From Trichosphaerium sp. ATCC 40318 (Eukaryota; Protista; Tubulinea), in assembly GCA_038496445.1 (NCBI GenBank), contig JALMLS010000213.1, forward strand, positions 310,001 through 374,000: a stretch of DNA of 64,000 bases. Reading direction: 5' to 3'. Positions within the stretch are counted from its first letter, which is position 1; the number at the start of each line of letters is the position of its first letter. A model generated the notes under the pieces. The model was given only the letters and a program-made list of their open reading frames with translations. It did not search any database and had not been told where the DNA came from. Position numbers and translations under genes: made by a program. Below are positions 1-15,700 of the stretch, piece after piece.

Positions 1-428
1 CAAATGGAGCAAAAGGAGCGTCAGCCCCACCACGTGTTACTTCAAAGATACCACAAGTGCTATGTCAAGAACACTGGAAAAATGGTGAACTTGAAGGAGA
101 CTATAGGCGATGGTATGAGCATGGCCAACAGCATGTTCATTGTACATATAGAAATGGTAAGCGACATGGAGAATACAAGGAATGGCATAAAAATGGTCAA
201 TTGTTTATACAGTGTCAGTATGTCAATGATGAACGAAATGGAGAATGTAAGCAATGGTATGACAATGCCCAATTGTGGAAGCAGTATCATTACTTAAACG
301 GTTTGAAACATGGAGATTATAAGTGTTGGTATTATAATGGACAAGTTTGGGTACATTGGGTTTATGCCAATGGCAAGTGTATTAAAGGAGGAGAACAGGA
401 CGTTGACTATACATGTACAGTTTTGTAA
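1..428 (+). CDS. MORN-variant (MORN_2/YwqK-like) repeat protein, 3' part (5' end outside window), C-terminal CaaX motif CTVL
   Basis: Frame open from base 3 to the stop at 426-428; repeats of G-E-Y-K-x-W-x-x-N-G-Q-L; similar to 844..1944 (CQEHWKxGxLxGDY); ends YTCTVL*. Confidence 0.85.
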   Translation, partial: NGAKGASAPPRVTSKIPQVLCQEHWKNGELEGDYRRWYEHGQQHVHCTYRNGKRHGEYKEWHKNGQLFIQCQYVNDERNGECKQWYDNAQLWKQYHYLNGLKHGDYKCWYYNGQVWVHWVYANGKCIKGGEQDVDYTCTVL

Positions 429-843
429 AGAAAGTGGCCATTAAAGCCTTTTGCATAGCTGAACGCTAGACTTCCTTATAGTCCCTGTGGTTTACTGTTA
501 GAACTCCTAGTTAGAACCAATAGATGCAGGCATAAGTTAGTGTTCCAAACCACTAGCCAGGTATTTAATATCTCTGAAATCGTTTTGTCATTTTTTTTTT
601 GATTTTGTACAAAGAGTACACGTGATACAAAAAACAGTGTTTTTAGATAATTAAAGCCTTCGTACATTCCCACAAACTAGCAGACATTTCTTTAAGGTTT
701 ACTAATTAACCGAACTGATACAATGACAGTTGTGCTTCTAGGAAGTCAGCCACATTGAAACAAAGAAGGATAAACAAAAAGTGTGGTTTTGTGGTCTGTA
801 CAGAGGTGTCTATCGCTTTTTATTAGATCAAAACAGTGCGAAC

Positions 844-1944
844 TTATTGTATACTACACGACTTGTTTGGTTGATGGTTCAATGGATTGAACTCTTTTTC
901 CACTCTACCATAATCAAAATAGAAGTGGTCATTTAACTTGCCATTTTCAAGCCACGTTTTAAGCTCTCCATGTAGCTCTCCATATACATAACAACATTGT
1001 TTAGATAATTGACCATTCTCAAACCAATGCTTACACTCTCCGTCAAGTTTATCATTAACATACCTACACTTTGTGACTAATCTCCCATTTGTTTGCCATT
1101 CCCTATACTCACCATCACGTTTACCATTTACATAACAACAAATATCCCGTATTTGACCACCCTGATACCAACGCTTGCACTCTCCTTCTAGTTTATCATT
1201 GACATACTGAAAATGGCAAAACAACTGACCATCCTCATACCACTCCTTACATGCTCCTTCACGTTTATCATTAGCATATTGACACTGTATATGTGATGTA
1301 CCATCTTCATACCACTGTCTATACTCACCATTTCGCTTACCTTGTACAAAATAGCACCTCAGTTCCATGTTACCTGACGAGGCATGCCAACGCTTGTACT
1401 CTCCTTCACGTTTTCCTTTCACGTAATTACAGTGTTCCTCTAATTGTCCATTTCTAAGCCAACTCTTATAATCCCCTTCTTCTTTACCTTGTTTGTGATA
1501 ACATAGCTTTCGTATATACCCATTATCATGCCAACACTTGTATTTTCCTTCAAGCAGACCATTGACAGAAACACACTTAATATAAAGTTTACCATTCGAG
1601 TGCCAATGCTTGTGTTCTCCCTCACGTAACCCATTGACATAGATACAATGTTCTATTAGTTGTCCATTGACATGCCACTTCTTATAATCGCCATCAAGTT
1701 GACCATGTTTCCAATGCTCTTGACATACAACTTTTGATTTGATGGGAGCATCTTTGTCAACTGTAATTTTTAGCCATTTGCCATGTTTCTTCAGTTCGCA
1801 ATCAAACCTTGTTGTCACTGCGTTGTGTTTTGATAAACAAGGCCACTTTGAATACAATTTACAGTCTAAATCAACGATATCGAGGTGTATTTCAATGGGA
1901 AGGCGAAATAAGTGGCAATCGCCCACAGGTACTGAGTTATTCAT
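844..1944 (-). CDS. F-box + MORN-variant repeat protein with C-terminal CaaX (CSIQ)
   Basis: Uninterrupted 366-aa ORF; N-terminal LFRLPIEIHLDIVDLD...WPCLSK is F-box-like; about 11-12 repeats of about 24 aa; ends KSCSIQ*; probable 5'UTR intron at about 1955-2015 (GTACAT...ATACAG). Confidence 0.85.
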   Translation of the reverse strand: MNNSVPVGDCHLFRLPIEIHLDIVDLDCKLYSKWPCLSKHNAVTTRFDCELKKHGKWLKITVDKDAPIKSKVVCQEHWKHGQLDGDYKKWHVNGQLIEHCIYVNGLREGEHKHWHSNGKLYIKCVSVNGLLEGKYKCWHDNGYIRKLCYHKQGKEEGDYKSWLRNGQLEEHCNYVKGKREGEYKRWHASSGNMELRCYFVQGKRNGEYRQWYEDGTSHIQCQYANDKREGACKEWYEDGQLFCHFQYVNDKLEGECKRWYQGGQIRDICCYVNGKRDGEYREWQTNGRLVTKCRYVNDKLDGECKHWFENGQLSKQCCYVYGELHGELKTWLENGKLNDHFYFDYGRVEKEFNPLNHQPNKSCSIQ

Positions 1945-2139
1945 CTTATTAATCTGTATTTAGGTAAATAAATATTCAACTGTTATGATACAACAACTAC
2001 ATGTTATCTATGTACCTATAAGTATCTACAAAGAGGTGACGCTATGTTGTCTTATACGCAATTTTAGAGTAAATGTCTTTAGCGCACGTGTTTTTTTTTA
2101 AAATAGTCGTTGGTTTTCTTTATTTGTTGGATAAAACAA

Positions 2140-2565
2140 GTAGACTTCGATTTTGGTACTCTTACAGAGTACAACTTGTTGGCATTGGTGACCCCCCATC
2201 ATCCCAGGTTTTGCATAAACCATCCATCTTACCATCTACAAAATTACAAACTTGGTACAAAATACCAGGGAAGAAGAGTATGCACGCTCCGTTTTGTACG
2301 CCATTACCCTCAGCAAGAAGGAACAACTTTTACAGCGATACTCCGGATATTACCATCCTATAGCCATACTGCGTATTCATAAGCGTAACGGTATGGTTTG
2401 TTATTAATGTTCGCTCAAGGTTTGCTACGCAAGGAATCCAAATACGGCTTTTTTACTTTGTTTCATTGTCGAGATTGTGTGCTAGTAGGCTTTTGTGCAA
2501 CAGCTGCAATGAAATGCTGAAGTCAACAACAAAGTCTTGGCAGTCTCTAAATTTTTGTTGACATT
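2140..2565 (-). pseudogene. Decayed F-box/MORN-repeat paralogue
   Basis: Minus-strand translation gives MSTKI*RLP (F-box-like start with a stop) and NGVQNGACILFFPGILYQVCNFVDGKMDGLCKTWDDGG (MORN repeat), separated by stops and frameshifts. Confidence 0.6.
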
Positions 2566-2704
2566 GCTGTATGACATTACATACGCGTTTTAGATTACTG
2601 TTAGCAGTAGTGGTATATTTTTTGAAGCACCGTTTGTGTTGAAAAGATATATTTGAGACATTTTTTTATCTACGAATGAAGACTCTTTACTTAATTTCAA
2701 CATA

Positions 2705-6325
<3,621 letters not shown>

Positions 6326-6575
6326 CTTTGAGTGCTTGGTGTAGTTTGTGGTGCACTTCTAAGCGTACACGTCAAAACAATTCTGGCTTGGTACAAAAAT
6401 TCGGATTGTTTTCACTGTGTTGTTCAATTTAGCTAAAAAGAAATCTTCTCGACAGCATAAGTAGATTTTACCTTAGATGCAAGCAACGAAGCTTATATGT
6501 GTAACGCTGACACGAGGATAAAGTGCGAGTTACGAGCTATAGTTGGTTACAAAGATTTATTCTAGTTACATACAG

Positions 6576-7073
6576 TCACGTGAGCAACTTGGCTTTGGTC
6601 AGTTTGTCAAAAAGAGCATCCCAAATCTTTGTCCTACTCTTGTAGAGTAAAATGAGCCTCTTAGAGTATACAAAGATACCCTTTGTACCACCAGAAGATA
6701 CTCTTACTGAATGGAATGTTTTTAAAACGTTTTTAGGCACTTTGTAGTTCCCAACTGCCTCTCCGTACGTCACGCGTGGTTCTACCGTAGAAGAAAGCAA
6801 TTCCGTGATTTCTATGCGTAAACGGAGTGGCTGAAGAGCTTTTGAGCCATTAATCACCGCTATCCAAAGATGCTTGAAATAGCTGTCATAGAATTCATTA
6901 CAAGTACTTGAGAACCGAACAATAGAACGCCAATCGAGTGTGTAGATGATTTTGGTTATAATTACATTAGGAATAAGTCTTATGTCCTGAGGATCTGCTA
7001 TAACCTTGTAACGTAAGCGACCAGATCGTCTTACAGGGCCAGTATGGGTACGCTTTTTCCGTTTTCTTGACAT
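6576..7073 (-). CDS. F-box protein with basic NLS and an XPA-C-terminal-like segment
   Basis: MSRKRKKR NLS; IRLIPNVIITKIIYTLDWRSIVRFSSTCNEFY fits the F-box pattern; RVTYGEAVGNYKVPKNVL resembles the I/VTxxEAxxxYxLxxxxL motif. 3' end uncertain. Confidence 0.65.
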   Translation of the reverse strand: MSRKRKKRTHTGPVRRSGRLRYKVIADPQDIRLIPNVIITKIIYTLDWRSIVRFSSTCNEFYDSYFKHLWIAVINGSKALQPLRLRIEITELLSSTVEPRVTYGEAVGNYKVPKNVLKTFHSVRVSSGGTKGIFVYSKRLILLYKSRTKIWDALFDKLTKAKLLT

Positions 7074-7689
7074 TTTTTTGTTATGTTAAGTACATCCTAA
7101 CATTAAGTATTTTATAATGATAGCGTGTTGTGTCTGGTGTATGCTCATGGGTTCGATTATTCACTATGACATGTAGGGAGTACGTTTGTTTACGTCATGT
7201 CACTAGTATTAAGCAGTAGCTACTTGTTTACTTTGATACTAAAAACAGTGGATGCTTTCGCTGAAGAGTATGCATGCTCAGCTTAATCAGTTTGACACTG
7301 TATCAGCAATCAACTAAAGTAAGTTTGTCATTGACCACTGAAATCTGCAAGTAGTCAGAACGTGATTTCATATGGATTTTGAAATCCAAACATAATAATT
7401 CTGTTGCAGCTTCTAAACAACAAATACGGACTGTTGCTTGGTGGTTTATGAACTTATTCAATGTTTAAGTTATCAATAGAAGGTACTTTTCTATAATACT
7501 GCCTCAAAAAGAGGAAAAAAATCTGCTGTGCAACTTGCTATTTGCATCCCCTGCGACTTGATTTGTACTGTTTCATACCACGTGTTAAAAGATAAGTACT
7601 AACATACAGCGTTTTGCAACCAACACAAACGCAAATTGCAAGATTAACTTACAGCTTGGTAAAGGGCCTTCAGAGGCAATCTGTTTACT

Positions 7690-8851
7690 TTAATAGTTAA
7701 AGGTAACATCGCTAGTTTTGAAAAGTCCGCTATTACACAGGTCAAAGTGTCCCACAAGAGTTTTGTCATCACATGATAAATTTTCGTCTTTGCTCAATCC
7801 TACCACAACTCCGTAGTCATCTGTAGCAGGAAATTGACGAAAGTTGCATCCTAGTACTGCTTGTTTTACTTTTACCCCACGTACTGTCTTCAAATGATAC
7901 TTTGGGTTAAAGCAATTATCGTTTGCAAGCATGAGCAATTCTCCAAAGGCTTGAGGGTTCTGTACTCTGCTAACTGTCCACTGATATCTACTGAACTTAC
8001 TACAACCACCAACAACTATTCCAGCTTTTACAGAAACCATGTATTCAGCGAGGAGTTTTGAAAGAGACTCAGATGAGGGACGTAAACCATTGAAACTTGC
8101 TTTAATTAAGCTTTCGAGAAGAGAGTATTTGGCATCGTGCACGTGTACGATGTTACCAATACCATGGTGCGCATAGAACTCGTCAATGTATTTAAGTAAA
8201 CCATGTTCAAGTTTGAGTTTTGCATCCTCGAAGTTAAGGAACCTAAGGCGAAGTTATAAAAAAAAACAAGTTGTACAAAAAATGAACATACTTTGCTGCA
8301 ATAAAATCTCGCCAATCGACCGTGTTTGAGCTTTGCCCACCCAAGTCCGTTGAGATAGAAAGTGAACTGTCTATAATAGAAGTGATGATGGATACTTCAG
8401 GACCAAGACGAGGTAAAACGGATAATAGGAACTTGACAGAAGTAAACAGAATTCTGCCAACATCTGCTTTTTCTACTGAAGGATCCTGCTGTGTCATCTT
8501 TGTTGCAAAGGCTTTGAGGTTATTGTCATCTGCATCATAAGCAATTTTGGTTGCTCTGAGGAAAAAGCTGTTGAAGAAAGTTGCCTTAGTGATGCCTTTC
8601 TCCGCTTCGCTTTTCATTAAGTTTAAGGCATCAGACAACGCGTTTCGGTACGTTTGGTTTTGTTCAGCCCAACTCTTTGGAAATCCAGCACAGGCGCCAA
8701 TATGAGATGTAATAGGTGAGGTAAATGTTGCTGCATTTGAATCGCAAGCACATGACCCAGGCTTTCCAGGGTATTCATTCCACTTGAATTCTCCGCAACC
8801 ATTAGTAAGGTATACAAAAGCTACAAGCAACAAGACCAGTCGTATTGCCAT
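7690..8851 (-). CDS. Secreted Cys-containing protein with a possible Cry/jellyfish-toxin-like helical segment (at least 2 exons; further exons towards about 7350 possible)
   Basis: Signal peptide MAIRLVLLLVAFVYLTNG; GTATGT...CCTTAG intron at about 8243-8291 joins the two ORFs in frame (DFIAAK|FLNFEDAKLK). Confidence 0.7.
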
Positions 8852-9319
8852 AATCGTTGATTTGCTAAAAATTGTCTGATTTTCACGTGTGGAGTATCCT
8901 GAAAAACCACGAACCTAATAACTCCATTTCTTAATTTGTCACGTGTAGTTATTACGAGGTGATTTTAGTAGGAAGATTTCTGGCGCTAGGATACGAAATT
9001 ACGAACAGGCTATCTCGTAATAACTTGAGATGGGAAGCACAGCTGTAGCTTTTGAGAGTAGCAATCCAATACAAGAAAGAATACCACGTGATCTTTTGAG
9101 TCTTGTTAGCAACCAACTGTTCCCCGATTCGTGAAATTCTGGGTTAGGTTAAAGACAAGAGGTGCTTAGGCACCTTATCTACTAAACAGGCCAGTTTACA
9201 ATTGCAGAAAAGTCGTTTACGATTTACAAACTAACAAACAAAAATGCGTGGTAAAGGTCTGAATTCTTGTATTATCGATAACTGCACTATCTCTAAATTG
9301 TAACTAACAAAGGGTCTTC

Positions 9320-9607
9320 ATAGGATCAGGTTGGAAGTACAAATATGCGTGATCACGAGGACAACTAAAGACTCAAAACATGTGGATTGATGGCAAAATG
9401 CATGGTGAAGAGAAAGAGTGGTATGAAAATGGGCAACTGCAGCACCAATATATGTGGGTTAATGACAAACAAAATAGTGAATCTAACTGGTTTGAAAGTG
9501 GACAACTGTTTGAACAAGCAATGTGGGTTGATGGTAAACGAAATGGTGAGAATATACAGTGGGATCAAAATGGACAAGATACAACACACAACTTTTGGGT
9601 TGTGTGA
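9320..9607 (+). pseudogene. Truncated MORN-variant repeat gene
   Basis: Three MORN repeats (WIDGKMHGEEKEWYENGQL); in-frame TGA at 9350-9352 close to where the repeat Trp is expected (KYKYA*SRGQL); no F-box found upstream. Confidence 0.6.
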
Positions 9608-10602
9608 GATTGTAGCTTGCAAATAGATCTTACAAGTGGCACCTCACGAGAATAGAAAGAAAACTAGTAACAACTCCAATGTTCTTCAAACCCAAGGTGC
9701 ACTATTAGATAATGGATAGAAGGCTCTATTTTACTTTGCTTCAAATCTCGACTAAGCAGTCAAACAAATTTCAAAAACAAAGAAGAAGAACTTTATTTAT
9801 TTATTAATTATTTAGTTGCCAATACCTCATCTCATCTGCCCTTACCAATGAACCCATGAGTCTAGACCCTAACTACCATAAGGCGAGTAGAGAAGGTACC
9901 CCAGCTAATCTATAGTAAATAATCACGAATTACTTATAAAGCACACAAAACACTCAAGTAAAATGTTGTGGTATCCTCCAGTTTACTAAAACACCTCCAA
10001 AACCCGCCCACGACATACACACACGCATTACAAGCGTTTATTGTAAAGTCGCGAAGTGCATTATCATACTACGCAGTATCCAATTCGAGTTGCATAAAAA
10101 AACCCCTGTTCAAACTTGTTTTTTATACGCTGTCTGTAGTCTTTACGCGCGTTTAACGCTATTGCGAGGCCTTTCGCGGTTGGCTTTGTATATTGAAACG
10201 AATTTGGAAAGATCCGCCCAGAAGTCTGATACCAACCGGCAAAAGCGACTGTTGGCTTGTGAACCTGTTTTTAGTAGAATAAACTGGTTTACTGGTTGTA
10301 TTACTCGGCTCGCTGTGATTTCGCATACAATGCGTTATTTTCACTCTACAATAACCTGAAACATGCGTAAAGCCACAAGAGAGCACAAAGTACTATTTTC
10401 CGTGCCGTTACAGTCATCTCAGCAAAATCACGTTCAGATCCGGTGCTCATACTCGGATTTCCAAATACTTGGTGTCATACTTGAAGTTAGCTGTAAATCA
10501 GTTTTCTTTTCGAGACCAGAGTAATTGTTCGAAGCACGTGATGACCGCTGTTGAAATTAACCATCACATCGTTAGAGCTAATTTACGAGTTATTACCTCT
10601 TA

Positions 10603-11625
10603 ATGAAAGCAAAACGCCAAGTAAGAGTAAACTAGATGGTTAAAACAACTAATATTAAACTGTAGCTCAGTTCCAACCTAGAACAAGACTATAACCGTCT
10701 ATTGAGGCTTCCATTGGAACTTCAACTTGAAATTATAGATCTAGATTTTGATATTTATCTGAAATGGCCTTTATTATCAAAGTACACAGCAACAACAACG
10801 AGATTTGATGATGACTTACAAAAAAATGGTAAATGGTTGAAAAAACAAAGGAAAGAAAATAAATGGAAATTATTGGATCGAGTGTATTGGACACAAGGTA
10901 AACGTGATGGAGACTGTACTCACTGGTGGCGCAGCAGTGGTCATTTGTATTCGCAATGTAATTATGTCAATGATAAGATTGAAGGAGAGTACAAGTTTTG
11001 GAACGATGACGGACAACTTGATAAACAATATTTTTACATCAATGGTAAACGAGAAGGAGAATACAAACATTGGGATTCTTCAGCAATGTTACGTGAACAT
11101 GGTCATTATTTAAATGATAAATTAGAAGGAGATCAAAAAATATGGTTTGCAAATGGCCGATTGGAGAGTTACTGCCAATATGTCAATGGTGAGCGAGATG
11201 GAGAGTATAAAACTTGGTTTCCCAATGGTCAATTGGAGTTTCATGGAAGCTTTGAAGAGGGTGTATGTAAAGGAGAACACAAGACTTGGTACTCTAATGG
11301 ACAGTTAGACTACCGTAAAAATTATGTTAACGGCAAGTCAGAAGGTATACAAAAGGTTTGGTACATAAGTGGTGAATTAGCAAGAGAATATTATTGTGCA
11401 AATGGTGAGATTGAAGGAAAGTACAAGAGGTGGTATAAAAATGGACAATTGCAGGAGCAGCAAAATTATGTTAATGGTAAAAATGAAGGAGAGTACAAAT
11501 GTTGGTATGGTAATGGACAATTGAAAGAGTACAAGTTTTATACTGACGGTAAAGTTGAAGAGCATAAACTATGGAATGAAGATGGCAAATTGTTTGAACA
11601 AGGAAGAAACAATGTATATTTTTAA
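10603..11625 (+). CDS. F-box + MORN-variant repeat protein (no CaaX)
   Basis: Exon 1 10603-10620 (MKAKRQ), 45-nt GTAAGA...CTGTAG intron 10621-10665, then in-frame LSSNLEQDYNRLLRLPLELQLEIIDLD...WPLLSK and about 10 MORN repeats; clear paralogue of 844..1944. Confidence 0.85.
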
Positions 11626-12750
11626 CATGCCTATTTAAACATGCAGATGTAAGAAAATAGTAAGAATACATTTGTTTAACTTGCCACTTGACATTTTGTA
11701 TGTAGCCCTCTATATATCCGCAATAATCACTACTAATCCCTTAAAGAACTAAAGGAATTTAAGCAAAAAGATATGGCTACCAGGTTACTTCTTGTTCAGT
11801 TATTTCAGGGGCGTTACATAGCTTGGCGCTCCAAGACAGATTTTGGGTATTGAGATCAGGTCAGAATTTTTACGTGATAAGTGCTCATGATTTCTTTTAT
11901 GCACCTAAAACACAAATTGTGGCCTCTGGTGAGCCAATTGGTACTCATTTTGTTTCAAATTGGTTTGCATTTAGCGTAGTAATAATTAGTTTATACTACA
12001 ACGCATAGCCTTACCAACGGGAGTACCTGACGTGCAACTATTTTCCTCTATGACACGAAACGTTCAAGTTAAAAAAGGTTAAAAGAGCTCACATGCATAA
12101 AAAGTTTTGCGCCAACACCTAACAGTTTATAACACATAAAGCAAACTACAACCAAAACATACTTTCAACGAACTGAAACGTCACTGAACGTTAATAGCAG
12201 CCACTACATGTAACACGTGACATTTGTTGGAGTAGGTTTGGAAAAATGTAAACACACTGTCCGCCATTGTCGTATAAGGTTCCAAGGCACTCCAACAGTG
12301 AGTGTGTTAATACGCTTTTGGCGTAGTGGTTTATAATATGCGACACCATCACATTAGATACTTTGCTGCAACACTGTAGACGTCACATTCGAATTTCTTT
12401 GCACACGTTCCTTCAAGCTACCTTTTTTGTCAAAAAGCAGCACGCTAGTTGCAAAAAACAGAAAAAAAAATTAATACAATTACACTCGTTTGTATGTTAT
12501 TACAACTGACGTTATTATTTTTGTATACAATTATTTACACCAGGTCAAAGCTTTTTTTCTTTTTTTTTTCTTCTTATTTTTTGTTTTAAGTCTTTAAATA
12601 GTAGTTTAAGGGAGCTTTTATGCCATAAGCAAAAAAACTCCTCAGCACTGCAATCAAAGAAATAAAAAATACGAAAAAGTCACCCTAAATATAACGCCAA
12701 GTTCGTTTTTAAATACTCCTGGTCTTTGGTTTTTTTTTTGGATTTCTGGA

Positions 12751-15700
12751 TTATTTTCTTGGCTCTAAAATGAGACTCCTATTGTACAATTCTTTTTCTG
12801 ATGTGGTTATTGGCTTATCAACTAGCTTTAAGTACTTAAAGACAGATGTCAAAGGCCGTAAGTTGTACGGCACTTCTTGGAACTTGATAAGCTCACTAAT
12901 AACCTTGGCTATACAAAGCATAAGACAACAGCCAAAAAGAAAAGAAAACAAGCGAGAAACAAGACGGCGAAGAAAACGACCAAAAAAAAGACGTACCAAG
13001 CGCTCTTCGCTTATCAAAGTTAATCAAACTCTTCTCCCCAACAGTATCTTTATTACCGTCTTCGATAAACGTCAAATCAGCCAAGAAAACACCTTTTTTA
13101 AGAAAGAGTAAGATTCCTTAATCCAAAAGCAAGTTTTCTCTTCTTGACGTACCAATATATGGAACACAAGGTGCTGGTGTACGCCTCATGTGTTCTCGCA
13201 ACTTAATAGAGTTGTGTTCATGAGAAAAAAGGTCTTGTAATTTCTCTAAAGTGTGTTTCTTTTTAGGCTCCAGACTTGCCCAAGTATGCTTTAATCGAGT
13301 CACAGAAGCAGCATTTAAACCTGAGATGAACTGCAAAGCGCCAGAAAGACAATTTAAGTCAAGCATATGCTATTAAAAACCAAAGTAAGCAAAACAAAAA
13401 AAAACAAAACAAAGTGTCTATTTACCTGAGCGATATCAATGAGCCACTCAACAGTTTTTGTACGTTTCTTAAGAACATCATGCTGTAAAATCTGTTCCGT
13501 GACCTAAAGAGAGAGAAAGAGGATAAGAAAAAAAGCTACAACAAAAGATTCAACAAAACAAAACGAACCCAGTTTGATATATTATTGAATCTGTTTATCA
13601 TTGCTTTAATATGAGGTGCACCATCCTCAGTATTCCAAGCTTGACCAAGACACTCCCAAGTTTGTATTTGAACATATAAATTATGTTCTATTAAACAAGC
13701 TTGACGTGCAAACTCAAGAGGATTAATTTTATAAATCCAACCCTCACCTACAACAATACATATGAATAAAAAAAGTTCAAGAAAAAAAACAAAGTGCACA
13801 GCGCCTAATGGCATGTGAATTTCGTGGCAGACAGCTGGGTCATCCACAGAGTATCTACCACAAAATACGCGGATATACAGTCTAAAGTTAAAGAGCATAC
13901 CTGAAACTTGTTTAGGAACAATACTTTGTGGTGGTAACTCTGTTAAAGTAACCACACTGATTTTCTTTTTATCCTGAAGCTTCTTATCTAATGCAGATTG
14001 CAAGATTTTTTTAATTGATTCTACTTTAACATCATTAATAAAATCCTGTATTAACTCTACGAGTTCTGGATTATCTAAACATTTACAAAGTTAGCACGTG
14101 CTACAAAGTTAGCAAAAAAAAAAACATCAAACGAAAACAAAAAAAACAACCAAAAAAAACAAAACGTCTGTGACAAACAACATGCCTTTAAAGTTTCGCC
14201 AAAAGTCATCAATCCATTTCTTCAATACAGTACTCAACCTACAGATAAAAAATTAGCATAAATAGAGCTACACCAGACGTAAAAAAACCAGTGTTCTTCA
14301 ACCTACCTAAATTGCTCTAGTTGATGCATTAAAGCAAAGTTGGCTTCAGCGACTCCTGAAGGTCTCTCTTTTTCATAATGTTGTTTGACAAGCTGTAAAA
14401 TCTCTTTTTCGTTACAAAAAGACTTGTACGTTAACAAAAACGCAGTAATATCATCTAAAAAAGCATAAGACAATCATTACAAACAACAAACCAAAAAAAA
14501 ACTAAAAAAATAAAGTATTTAAGCAAATACTTACCGCCATGTCTGGGCGTAGCCATATACTCAATAATCATAGATAAACTACCAGCCATAAATATCTTTT
14601 TACCATCATCTCCTTCTTCACACATAACCTTAAAATAAAACATAAGCAAGAACAATAAAACAGAAACAACAAAAAAAAAAAAAAGTCAACAACAAAAAAA
14701 ATTGTAAATGAGTCTTTTTGACGCGTACATCTTCGCTTTCCCATAAAACGAATTCATGAGCAATAACACAATCAAAAGCGATCTCTGTTAACCCGATTTC
14801 ATCAAGTGTAAGATCAAGGTTTAATTCCTTTCCATCTGCACCAGGAGACTTTGCAATCTGTTTGTTCAAAGAGTACTCTCTCCTCGAATTACAAAGCTTG
14901 TTAAGCATGAACCGTAGCGTCGCTTTACCATCCCAAACATATACTTGGTACTGTCCTCTAGGTAGTAATATCTTTAACACCTTTACAGCAGGCTGACGTG
15001 GGTTAGCACGCCTTGCTTGAAATTCTTTGAAAGCTTCCTTATTATTCGCTTTATCTCTATTCAATATGGTAGAAACACTATTCAATCGCGCTAATCCCTT
15101 TCTAAAGCTAGAAGTACGCCTAAATAGAGTTAAATAAACGAGTTTGAGCACAAAAAACCAACAAATAACAGAAAGTCATTAATATACTTACGATTTAGGC
15201 TTTTCTGATCTTCTCTTTGATTTAGCATCCTTATCTTTAGATATCTTCTTCTTTAAAAAAAATTATAAGCCAAACAAAAGCCAGAAAATCGACAAAGAAA
15301 AAAAAAATGGAGATAATTACCTGTCCAACAATTGTAGGGCTACTCATCTTTCTTGACATATTTTCACGCTTAACCCTAGATAACGAGCTACTACGAACAC
15401 GATCATCTATAGGTTTCTCACCTACAATAAAAAATAAGCTCTTACAAGCTCAAACTCGGTCACTCCTGCAACTTCAAAAAAGACAAAATAATTATTGTTT
15501 TCTCAAAAAAAAAGAGCAATACCAGGCATTGTAGGTGCTCCAGGTTTACGTAATGATATAGACTTCTGCGCATAAGACTTTAGAGGCTTCTTATTATCTG
15601 TAGCAGCAAATTCGTTCGCTCCTTTTGTACGAAATCGTCTACGCTTCTTTTTACCACCAGCAGTTCCTTGATCAAAAAAATCTGATACATCTGGCTTCTG

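Noticed and set aside
9350-9352. TGA read as Trp or Sec (alternative genetic code)
   Set aside because: Trp is TGG in the intact genes and TGA ends several of them (e.g. 30336, 32845, 41234); pseudogenisation is simpler.
10000-10450. Possible TnpB/Fanzor or other transposase remnant
   Set aside because: No convincing RuvC or zinc-ribbon motif and no terminal repeats found.
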